From Verrucomicrobium sp. GAS474 (GTDB lineage Bacteria; Verrucomicrobiota; Verrucomicrobiia; Methylacidiphilales; GAS474), in NCBI RefSeq assembly GCF_900105685.1, contig NZ_LT629781.1:3396611-3460610 (forward strand): a stretch of 64,000 nucleotides of DNA, given 5' to 3'. The translations under genes and the position numbers were made by a program. A model generated the notes under the pieces. It saw nothing but the letters and a program-made list of their open reading frames with translations. It was not told the DNA's origin and searched no databases. Numbering within the stretch: position 1 is the stretch's first letter; each line of letters starts with the position of its first letter. This document shows, one piece after another, positions 53,389 to 64,000 of this stretch.

Positions 53389-55191
53389 TCAACCGACGTC
53401 GGTCTTCAACACGGCGATGAAGGCCTCCTGCGGGATGTCGACGCGGCCGAACGACTTCATCCGCTTCTTGCCCTCCTTCTGCTTCTCGAGGAGCTTCCGC
53501 TTGCGGGAGATATCGCCGCCGTAGCACTTCGCCGTCACATTCTTGCCGACCGAGCCGACGTCCTCGCGGGCCACGATCTTCGCGCCGATCGTCGCCTGGA
53601 TCGGGATGCGGAAGAGGTGGGGCGGGATCACTTCCTTCAGCTTCGCCGCGATCTGGCGTCCCCGGGCGGGGGCCTTCTCGCGGTCGACGATCGAGGAGAA
53701 GGCGTCGACCGGCTCGCCGTTCACCATCACGTCGAGCTTCACGAGGTCGCCCGCGCGGTAGGGGGCCGTCTCGTAGTCCATCGAGCCGTAGCCCCGGGTG
53801 ATCGACTTGATCCGGTCGTTGAAGTCGACGAGGATTTCCGAGAGCGGAATGTCGCAATGGAGCATGACCCGCTTGTCGTCGACCGACTCCGTGTGCTCGC
53901 ACGAGCCGCGCTTTTCCATGACGAGCTGGAGGATGTCCCCGATGTTCTCGTTCGGGATCATGATGAAGACCTTCACCATCGGCTCGCGGATCACGTCGAT
54001 CGTCGAGGGGTCGGGCATCTTCACCGGGTTGTCGACCTCGATCTCCTCGCCGTTCGTGAGGCGGATCTGGTAGATGACGCTCGGGTAGGTCGCAATGATG
54101 TCCATGTCGTACTCCCGGCGGAGACGCTCCTGGACGATCTCCATGTGGAGGAGGCCGAGGAAGCCGCAGCGGAAGCCGGAGCCGAGCGCGACGCTCGACT
54201 CGGCGGTGTAGACCAGCGCCGCGTCGTTGATCTGGAGCTTCGCGATCGCGACCTTCAGGAGCTCGAACTCGGCGGTGTTGATCGGGTAGATGCCGCTGAA
54301 GACCATCGGGGTGATCTGCTTGAAGCCGGGGAGCGGCTCCTTCGCGGGGGCGACCGAGGTCGTGATCGTGTCGCCGATCTTGATGTCGACGGGGCTCTTG
54401 ATGTTCGCGATCAGGTAGCCGGTGTGGCCGGGGAGGAGCTTGTCCTGCCGGGTCATCTTCGGAGTGAAGATGCCGACTTCCTTGACCTCGTAGGCCTGGT
54501 TCGTCGACATCAGGAGGATCTGGGTCCCCGCCTTGAGCTCGCCCGAGAAGACCCGGACGTAGGTGACGACGCCCCGGTAGGTGTCGAAGAGGGAATCGAA
54601 GACGAGGGCGCGGAGGGTGTTGTCCTTCGGCTCCGGCGGGGCGGGGATGCGGGCGACGACGGCCTCGAGGATCTCCGAGATGCCGATCCCCTGCTTCGCG
54701 CTGCACGGGACGCAATCCTCCCCCGGGATGGCGAGGAGGTCCTCGACCTGCTTCTGGACCGAGGGGACGTTCGCGCTCGGGAGGTCGATCTTGTTGATGA
54801 CCGGGATGAGGGTCAGGTTCTGCTTCGAGGCGAGGTGGACGTTCGCCACCGTCTGCGCCTCGACGCCCTGCGCCGCGTCGATGACGAGGAGCGCGCCGTC
54901 GCACGCCGAGAGGCTGCGGGAGACCTCATAGGCGAAGTCGACGTGGCCGGGGGTGTCGATCAGGTTCAGCCGGTAGGTCTTCCCGTCCTTCGCGTGATAG
55001 ACCATCGTGACCGGGTGGGCCTTGATCGTGATGCCCCGCTCCTTCTCCAGATCCATCGAGTCGAGCATCTGGTTCTGCATGTCCCGGAGAGAGATCGTAT
55101 CGGTGGCCTGCAGCAACCGGTCGGAAAGCGTCGTCTTCCCGTGGTCGATGTGGGCGATAATGCAGAAATTACGGATCAGCTCGGAACTCAT
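53389..55191 (-). CDS. lepA: Elongation factor 4 (LepA)
   Basis: NFCIIAHIDHGKTTL G1 motif, DTPGH, NKID; full LepA C-terminal domain. Start taken at MSSELIRNF. Confidence 0.95.
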   Translation of the reverse strand: MSSELIRNFCIIAHIDHGKTTLSDRLLQATDTISLRDMQNQMLDSMDLEKERGITIKAHPVTMVYHAKDGKTYRLNLIDTPGHVDFAYEVSRSLSACDGALLVIDAAQGVEAQTVANVHLASKQNLTLIPVINKIDLPSANVPSVQKQVEDLLAIPGEDCVPCSAKQGIGISEILEAVVARIPAPPEPKDNTLRALVFDSLFDTYRGVVTYVRVFSGELKAGTQILLMSTNQAYEVKEVGIFTPKMTRQDKLLPGHTGYLIANIKSPVDIKIGDTITTSVAPAKEPLPGFKQITPMVFSGIYPINTAEFELLKVAIAKLQINDAALVYTAESSVALGSGFRCGFLGLLHMEIVQERLRREYDMDIIATYPSVIYQIRLTNGEEIEVDNPVKMPDPSTIDVIREPMVKVFIMIPNENIGDILQLVMEKRGSCEHTESVDDKRVMLHCDIPLSEILVDFNDRIKSITRGYGSMDYETAPYRAGDLVKLDVMVNGEPVDAFSSIVDREKAPARGRQIAAKLKEVIPPHLFRIPIQATIGAKIVAREDVGSVGKNVTAKCYGGDISRKRKLLEKQKEGKKRMKSFGRVDIPQEAFIAVLKTDVG

Positions 55192-55274
55192 GAAAAAGGG
55201 AGATAAAGGGGCAAAAAAGGGATTGTAGTGGAAATCCCCCCTACGGCAAGAGGGTTCGGACCCCCTGCACACCC

Positions 55275-55525
55275 CTCTCCCATAGAGCCGTCTCCCAATA
55301 GGAGTCTAGGCGTATTGGTCCCGTCTACCCCCCGCAATCCGTACCCTCGGACGCTCCAGGAAGCAGCCGATTTCAATCCAGATAGAAGACGAGGCACAGC
55401 CAAAGCGCGTCCGCCTAGCTAAGGCCCTCCGAAGGGGAGGTTCGAGGAGGGGCAAAGCCCCTCTTGGGCTATAAAGCGGATCGCCTCCAGCTGTACAGGG
55501 TCGACCCCGCCAGCCCCGAAGGGCA
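55275..55525 (+). repeat. Structured intergenic repeat element, copy 5 (long form)
   Basis: About 85% identical over ~250 bp to the copy at 32950..33185; lies between the rpe 3' end and the lepA start. Confidence 0.75.
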
Positions 55526-55562
55526 CTCCGCAAAACGGCGCGAAGGACGCGCCCCCAAACCC

Positions 55563-56240
55563 CTACCCCGCCGCGTTCGCCTCCGCCGCCTTCTGCCGCA
55601 GAAGCTTCACCGCCGCCGGAATGTCCTGCTTCCCGAAGATCGACGACCCCGCGACAATCAAGTTCGCCCCCGAGACAACCGCCGGTCCGATCGTGTCGGC
55701 AGTGAGGCCGCCGTCGACCTCGATGTCGTAATTGAGATTATTCTGATCCCGGAAGAGACGGGCGAAGCGGACCTTCTCAAGCACTTCCATGATGAACGGC
55801 TGCCCGCCGAACCCCGGGTTCACCGTCATGCAGAGGACCAGGTCGACCCGCTTCATGTACTTCTCGGCCTTCTCGATCAGCGTCAGCGGATTGACGGCGA
55901 TCCCGGCGCGGCAGCCCATGCTCTTGATGAGGTCGAGGGTCCGGCCCACGTCATGATACGCCTCGAGGTGGATCGTGATCGTGTCGGCCCCGGCCTCGAT
56001 GAAGGAGCGGACGTAGCGGTCCGGCTGCTGGATCATGAGATGGACGTCGAGCGGGAGCCGGGTGATCCGGCGGAGCATCGCGACGAAGTCGGGCCCGAAG
56101 GTCATGTTCGGGACGAAGTGGCCGTCCATGATGTCGACATGGAGGCAATCGACCCCCGCGGCCTCGACGGCACGGACATCGCGCTCAATGTTTCCGTAGT
56201 CGGCGGCCAGGATCGACGGGGCCAGGAGGATCGGCTTCAT
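55563..56240 (-). CDS. rpe: Ribulose-phosphate 3-epimerase
   Basis: 225 aa; LAPSILAADYG..., HVDIMDGHFVPN, DGG motifs. Confidence 0.9.
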   Translation of the reverse strand: MKPILLAPSILAADYGNIERDVRAVEAAGVDCLHVDIMDGHFVPNMTFGPDFVAMLRRITRLPLDVHLMIQQPDRYVRSFIEAGADTITIHLEAYHDVGRTLDLIKSMGCRAGIAVNPLTLIEKAEKYMKRVDLVLCMTVNPGFGGQPFIMEVLEKVRFARLFRDQNNLNYDIEVDGGLTADTIGPAVVSGANLIVAGSSIFGKQDIPAAVKLLRQKAAEANAAG

Positions 56241-56255
56241 GGATGACAGGGGACC

Positions 56256-56642
56256 CTATTTCTTCTTCTCGATCAACTCGATTTCGTACCCCTCGGGGGC
56301 GTCGATGAAGCCGATCCGGGAGCCCGAGGCCGAGGGGGCCGAGGGCCCCTCGCTGAAGGGATAGCCCTTCGCGGCGGCCTCGGCGGCGAAGGCCTCGATG
56401 TCGGCGACCTCGAAGGCGAGGTGGGTCAGGTCGGGGCCGACCTGGACGGGGCCGCTCTTCGGATAGTGGCAGATCTCGATCAGTTCCTCGCTGCCCGGGA
56501 CCTTGAAGAAGACCAAGGTCGAGCCGCGCGAGGAGGTGTGGGAGCTGACCTGCTCGAGGCCGAGGACCTCCTTGTAGAAGGAGACGGTCTTTTCGAGGTC
56601 TTCGACCCGATAACGGGTGTGGAGGAGGCGGAGGACGGGCAT
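56256..56642 (-). CDS. VOC-family protein (glyoxalase I-like)
   Basis: ~128 aa from MPVLRLLHTRYRVEDLEKTVSFYKEVLGL; paired beta-alpha-beta-beta-beta modules, H/E metal ligands (HLAFEV, YEIELIE). Confidence 0.7.
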   Translation of the reverse strand: MPVLRLLHTRYRVEDLEKTVSFYKEVLGLEQVSSHTSSRGSTLVFFKVPGSEELIEICHYPKSGPVQVGPDLTHLAFEVADIEAFAAEAAAKGYPFSEGPSAPSASGSRIGFIDAPEGYEIELIEKKK

Positions 56643-56656
56643 GGGATGGGAAGGGT

Positions 56657-57724
56657 TTAGATTTTGACCTTGAATTTCTCCCCTTCCTTCACCCCGGCGG
56701 TGAAGGCGCAGAGCCATTCGGAAAGGTTGACGAGGTCGCCGAGGTCGATCACCTCGACGGGGCTGTGCATGTAGCGGTTCGGGATGCCGAGGGCCGCCGT
56801 CGGGACGCCACCGCGCTGCTTGAAGATCGCGTCGGCGTCGGTGCCCGACCAGCGGGCGTCGATGCTCAGCTGGATGTCGATCTTCTTCGCCTTCGCCGTC
56901 TTCGCGAGGCGCTCGACGAGGACGGGATGGTTCACGCTGCCCCGGTTCAGGACCGGCCCCTTGCCGAGCTTGATGTCGCCGAAGCGTTTGGCGTTCGCCA
57001 GCGGCATGTCGGTCGAGTGGCCGACGTCGACGACGAGGGCCGCGTCGGGCTGGAGGGAGTAGCCGACCATGCTCGCGCCGTAGAGGCCGTTCTCCTCCTG
57101 GATCGTCGAGACCGCGATCAGGCAGACGTCGATCCCCTTCAGCTCCGAGGCGAGGCGGAGGGTCTCCGCCGCGACGAACGTGCCGACCCGGTTGTCGCAG
57201 GCGCGGGCGACATAGACATCGCCGTTGAGCTGCTCGAAGCCGGCGGTGTAGGTGACGAGGTCGCCGACGGCGGCCCGCTTCTCGGCGTCCTTGCGGTTCT
57301 TGGCGCCGATGTCGATGAAGAGATCGTGCCAGGCCGGGACCTCGGGCTTCTTGTCCCGCTCCTGCATGTGGACGGCGAGGGAGCCGACGACGCCGAGGGT
57401 CTTTTTCCCCTCATGATGGATGTGGACGCGCTGGCCGCGGGCCAGGGCCGGATCGGGACCGCCGACCGGGGCGAAGTAGAGGAAGCCCTCCTCCGAGATA
57501 TATTGGATCTGGAAGCCGATCTCGTCCCCGTGGCCGACGACCATGATGCGGGGGGAGCCCTTCGGGTTCAGGATCGCCCACGAATTGCCGTAGGCATCGC
57601 TCCCCGTCTCGTCGGCGAACTCGGAAACGTAATCGAGCCAGACCCGCTGCCCCGCCGCCTCCCCGCTCGAAGGGCTGGGGGTTTCAAGAAGCTTCCGCAG
57701 GAAATCGAGGGATTTTTGTCTCAT
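56657..57724 (-). CDS. M42-family metallopeptidase (FrvX / glutamyl aminopeptidase-like)
   Basis: ~355 aa; M42 metal-ligand context (VVGHGDEIGF, ...DNRVG..., ...EENG...). Confidence 0.8.
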   Translation of the reverse strand: MRQKSLDFLRKLLETPSPSSGEAAGQRVWLDYVSEFADETGSDAYGNSWAILNPKGSPRIMVVGHGDEIGFQIQYISEEGFLYFAPVGGPDPALARGQRVHIHHEGKKTLGVVGSLAVHMQERDKKPEVPAWHDLFIDIGAKNRKDAEKRAAVGDLVTYTAGFEQLNGDVYVARACDNRVGTFVAAETLRLASELKGIDVCLIAVSTIQEENGLYGASMVGYSLQPDAALVVDVGHSTDMPLANAKRFGDIKLGKGPVLNRGSVNHPVLVERLAKTAKAKKIDIQLSIDARWSGTDADAIFKQRGGVPTAALGIPNRYMHSPVEVIDLGDLVNLSEWLCAFTAGVKEGEKFKVKI

Positions 57725-57808
57725 AGAGATAGGCCCACCAAGGTATCTCATTTCGCCCAATTGAAAAGGGCCTAAAAAAGATCCCCTCCCAACGCCCTCC
57801 CTCTTCCG

Positions 57809-58708
57809 TTAGACCGGACGAATCTCGGGAGCCGCCGCCCGCTCCATCAATCCGGCCACCGCCCGCTGCGGGGGGAGGCCCTCGAAGAGGATCGCGTAGA
57901 CCTGGCAGGCGACCGGCTTCGCCTCGGCGGGGACCGCCGCGAGGCTGTAGAGCGACCGGGCCGTCTCGACCCCTTCCGCGACGCCGACCTCGGCCAGGAT
58001 GGCCTGGAGCGTCCTCCCCCCCGCCAGCAGGCTGCCGACGCGGTAATTGCGGCTCAGTTCGCTTCCCGAGGTCAGGAGGAGGTCGCCCACCCCGCTCAGC
58101 CCGGCGAAGGTCTCCGGCCTCCCGCCGAGGCGGACGCCGATCCGGGTCATCTCGGCAAGGCAACGGGTCAACAGCGCGGCGAAGGCGTTGTGACCAAGGT
58201 TCATCCCGACGCAGAGCCCCGCCGCGATGGCGTAGACGTTCTTCAACGCCCCGCCCAACTCGACCCCGGTCAGATCGGTCGAGCGATAAAGCCGGAAAGA
58301 ACGATGGTGGAAGAGGGCCTGGAGCCGTTCGGCGAGGGCCTCGCTCCCGGCGGCGACGACGGCGGCGGCGGGAAGCCCGGCGGCGATCTCCGAGGCGAAA
58401 TTCGGGCCGGAGAGGGCCGCCGTTTCGGTCCCGGGCCAGACCTGCCCGATGATCTCGCTCACCCGCAGTCCGGTGCCGACCTCGAGCCCCTTGCTCAGGG
58501 AGAGGACCGGAACACCCGGGGCGGGGAAGCGGGAGAGCGTCGCCCGCATCGCCTGGACGGGGATCGCGACGATGAGGAAGTCGATGCCCGGGGGCCACCC
58601 CTCGGCCGCATCGCCGTGATGGCGGTAAATCGGCTCATGGCCGTTGCGGAGGAGGACGTCCCCCATCGCCGTCCCCCACTTTCCCGCGCCGAGGATGCCG
58701 ACTTTCAT
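57809..58708 (-). CDS. gpsA: NAD(P)H-dependent glycerol-3-phosphate dehydrogenase
   Basis: MKVGILGAGKWGTAM Rossmann start, GALKNVYAIAAG substrate motif. Confidence 0.9.
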   Translation of the reverse strand: MKVGILGAGKWGTAMGDVLLRNGHEPIYRHHGDAAEGWPPGIDFLIVAIPVQAMRATLSRFPAPGVPVLSLSKGLEVGTGLRVSEIIGQVWPGTETAALSGPNFASEIAAGLPAAAVVAAGSEALAERLQALFHHRSFRLYRSTDLTGVELGGALKNVYAIAAGLCVGMNLGHNAFAALLTRCLAEMTRIGVRLGGRPETFAGLSGVGDLLLTSGSELSRNYRVGSLLAGGRTLQAILAEVGVAEGVETARSLYSLAAVPAEAKPVACQVYAILFEGLPPQRAVAGLMERAAAPEIRPV

Positions 58709-58744
58709 GGAAAAATGGAAAAGGGGCGGGGTTCTGCTTCGCCG

Positions 58745-59359
58745 TTACTTCGCCTTCGGGGAACCCATCCGCTTCTCCTCGCCGCGGAGGAGGCGCTCGA
58801 TGTTCGCCCGATGCCGGAGGATCGTCATCCCGCCCGCGAGCAGGCCGAAAACGAAGAAGATCCGCTTGTTCGGATAGAGGACGAAGGCGGCCACCGGGAG
58901 CACCGCCGAGGCGAGGATCGAGGCGAGCGAGACGATGCGGGTCAGCCAGAAGGAGGCCCCCCAGACCGCCAGGATCACGAGGAAGGCCTCGGGCATGAAG
59001 GCCGCGATCGCCCCCGCCGAGGTCGCCACCCCTTTGCCGCCCTTGCCGCCCAGCCACGGCGTGAAGTTATGCCCCAGCGTCGCCACCAGGCCGATCAGCA
59101 CCACGGCCACCTCCCACTCCATCCGCCGCCCGTGGGGGACGAAGAAGACGAAGATGAAGGCGGGAAGGAAGCCCTTGAAGAAATCGAGGAGAAACGCCGG
59201 AAGACCCCACTTCCAGCCCAATACCCGCCAGACATTCGTCGCGCCAATATTGCCGCTGCCGTGCTTGCGCAGGTCGAGGCCGTTCCACTTACCCAGCAGG
59301 AATCCGAACGGGATCGACCCGATCAGGAAAGAGAAACACAACATCACCGCCGCCGCCAT
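58745..59359 (-). CDS. plsY: Glycerol-3-phosphate acyltransferase PlsY
   Basis: ~204 aa; HGSGNIGATN and GGKGVAT motifs, 5 TM helices. Start taken at the internal Met MAAAVMLCF. Confidence 0.9.
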   Translation of the reverse strand: MAAAVMLCFSFLIGSIPFGFLLGKWNGLDLRKHGSGNIGATNVWRVLGWKWGLPAFLLDFFKGFLPAFIFVFFVPHGRRMEWEVAVVLIGLVATLGHNFTPWLGGKGGKGVATSAGAIAAFMPEAFLVILAVWGASFWLTRIVSLASILASAVLPVAAFVLYPNKRIFFVFGLLAGGMTILRHRANIERLLRGEEKRMGSPKAK

Positions 59360-59473
59360 CCGCAGGTGACGGGAACCGGTTTCGATAAAATAGGGCAATT
59401 CCACAGGGGGAGCGTTCTACCGCTCCGACTGTCTTGCGGCAATCTGAAATACGCTGTAGCCTCCCCCCCACTC

Positions 59474-60394
59474 ATGATCTCCGAAATCGAATTCAAGGGC
59501 TGGAAACGGAACCTCCGCCTCAATGACGGCATCGCCGAACTCGTCATCACCCTCGACGTCGGCCCCCGCATCCTCCACGCCGCCCCCATCGGCGGGAAGA
59601 ATCTCTTCTGCGAGTTCCCCGACCAGATCGGCCGGGCCGGGGAGGAGGAATGGAAGATCCGCGGCGGCCACCGCTTCTGGACCGCGCCCGAGAACGAGGA
59701 GAGCTACACCCCCGACAACGTCCCCGTCGACTACCGGAAGATCGACGACAACACCGTCGAGATCGCCTCCCCGGCCCAGTCCGACCACGGCTGGCAGAAG
59801 ACCCTGCGCATCGCCTCCCTCGGCAACGGCCGCTTCACCGTCCTCCACACCCTCACGAACAGCGGGACGAAGCCCCTCGAAGTCACCCCCTGGGCCCTCA
59901 GCGTCATGGCGCCCGGCGGCACCGCCGTCCTCCCCCAGTCGGCCCCGAAGCTCCATCCCCTCGACAATCCCCCCGGCACCCCCGTCAACGTCGACGACTA
60001 CCAGTCCAACCGCCGCGTCGTCCTCTGGAAGTACAGCCACCTGAACGACCCCCGCCTCACGCTCGAGAAGGAGTTCTGGTTCGTCCGCCACGAGGCCGAC
60101 TCCAAATGCTTCAAGATGGGCCTCCACTTCCAGGAAAAGTGGGTCGCCTACCAGCTGGGCAACCACTACTTCGCCAAGACCGTCCCCGCCCCCGGCGGCA
60201 CCTACCCCGACGACGGCTCGAACTTCGAGCTCTTCACCAACAAGGACATCCTCGAGCTCGAAACCCTCGCCCCCCTCGGCCCCCTCCCCGTCGGCGCCAG
60301 CCGCAGCCATGAAGAGACGTGGCAGATCGGCACCCTCTCCGAATCGATCACCACCGTCGCCGGGGCCAAGGCCTTCTTCGCCACGCTGAAGTAA
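59474..60394 (+). CDS. Hypothetical protein (beta-rich, possibly carbohydrate-binding or epimerase-like fold)
   Basis: 306 aa from MISEIEFKGWKRNL; the rest of ORF 58190..60394 upstream is antisense to gpsA/plsY; no motif assignment. Confidence 0.5.
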   Translation: MISEIEFKGWKRNLRLNDGIAELVITLDVGPRILHAAPIGGKNLFCEFPDQIGRAGEEEWKIRGGHRFWTAPENEESYTPDNVPVDYRKIDDNTVEIASPAQSDHGWQKTLRIASLGNGRFTVLHTLTNSGTKPLEVTPWALSVMAPGGTAVLPQSAPKLHPLDNPPGTPVNVDDYQSNRRVVLWKYSHLNDPRLTLEKEFWFVRHEADSKCFKMGLHFQEKWVAYQLGNHYFAKTVPAPGGTYPDDGSNFELFTNKDILELETLAPLGPLPVGASRSHEETWQIGTLSESITTVAGAKAFFATLK

Positions 60395-60466
60395 GCGCCT
60401 TCCTCCGGTAAAAACAAAAGCCCCACCCCTCCTCGGAGGGGTGGGGCTTTTCGCTGGCAGCAGAAA

Positions 60467-63502
<3,036 letters not shown>

Positions 63503-63513
63503 AAATAATATTA

Positions 63514-63529
63514 ATACCAAAATTGGTAT
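63514..63529. promoter_or_regulatory. Perfect inverted repeat ATACCAA-AA-TTGGTAT in the AT-rich leader of the alpha-mannosidase gene; candidate operator
   Basis: 7-bp arms with a 2-bp spacer, 12-27 nt upstream of the start codon, in a ~110 bp AT-rich intergenic region downstream of a LacI-family regulator gene. Confidence 0.4.
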
Positions 63530-63613
63530 GTTAACTCAGTTTTGGCAAGTCGATTCAGAAAGGCCAAATAATCAAACAATCAAAGCAACAAAGGGGCCCC
63601 GGGTCAAAAAGGA

Positions 63614-64000
63614 TTAAAACGATCGCAGGGCCGCACCCGACGATTCCCCGACGAACATCGGGATATCCTTCGGCTCCACCCACAGCGACCCCTGCCACTC
63701 CTTCCTTCCGATCATCCATTCGACGGCCGAAAGGAGGAAATTCTCCCGGGGCGGCGATTGGAGGCAGGTCAGCGAGGGCGTCAGGTAGGGGCCCAGCCCC
63801 TCGTCATTCATCGCCACCACGGAGAGGTCGCGCCCCACCGCGATCCCCTCGTCGGCGCAGGCGCGGAGCGTCCCGACAGCGGCGGGGCCGGTCACGCAGA
63901 GCAGCGCGGTGCCGAGCGGCGACCGCTCCCGCGCCTTCAGCTTCCGCCGCATCAGGCGATAGGCCATCTCCACCGCCGGGTAGCCCGGATCGGAATGAAG
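63614..64000 (-). CDS. LacI-family transcriptional regulator (C-terminal periplasmic-binding-fold part; N-terminus lies beyond the window)
   Basis: …DLSVVAMNDEGLGPYLTPSLTCLQSPPRENFLLSAVEWMI… matches the LacI/GalR C-terminal sugar-binding domain. Confidence 0.6.
   Translation of the reverse strand, partial: LHSDPGYPAVEMAYRLMRRKLKARERSPLGTALLCVTGPAAVGTLRACADEGIAVGRDLSVVAMNDEGLGPYLTPSLTCLQSPPRENFLLSAVEWMIGRKEWQGSLWVEPKDIPMFVGESSGAALRSF

Overview
This 64 kb window is high-GC (~68-70%) chromosomal DNA, and codon usage plus gene content point to a Verrucomicrobia-like bacterium. It is gene dense and mostly housekeeping, with many long spurious antisense ORFs in the six-frame track caused by the GC content. 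Core genes I can support include bcp, a MurK-like kinase/MurQ fusion, ligA, recN, tatD, ilvD, rimO, a rodZ-like gene, rpiB, gpmI, the purB-purS-purQ-purL cluster, rbfA, an archaeal-type proS, ldhA-like and Zn-ADH genes, lepA-lepB, rpe, gpsA-plsY, a GH38 alpha-mannosidase and a partial LacI-family regulator at the window edge. Accessory or unusual content is: (1) a family of structured ~150-250 bp intergenic repeat elements, five copies in one orientation at ~27.1, 29.5, 33.0, 33.4 and 55.3 kb, two of them in tandem; (2) a low-GC islet carrying a hicA/hicB toxin-antitoxin pair; (3) a low-GC islet with one secreted-protein gene abutting the 3' end of tRNA-Arg(CCG); (4) a conserved but functionally uncharacterised triad of circularly permuted ATP-grasp, alpha-E and transglutaminase-like proteins; (5) a ligA whose 5' part has atypical low-GC codon usage and a GSW-repeat insertion; (6) domain fusions (kinase-MurQ, PgsA plus an unknown C-terminal domain, PurS plus a Lys/Ala-rich tail); and (7) a duplicated, frame-shifted 3' fragment of a GT-C glycosyltransferase gene. 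No rRNA, CRISPR array, integrase or transposase was seen. Coordinates for RNA, repeat and hairpin features were read by eye and may be off by a base or two.
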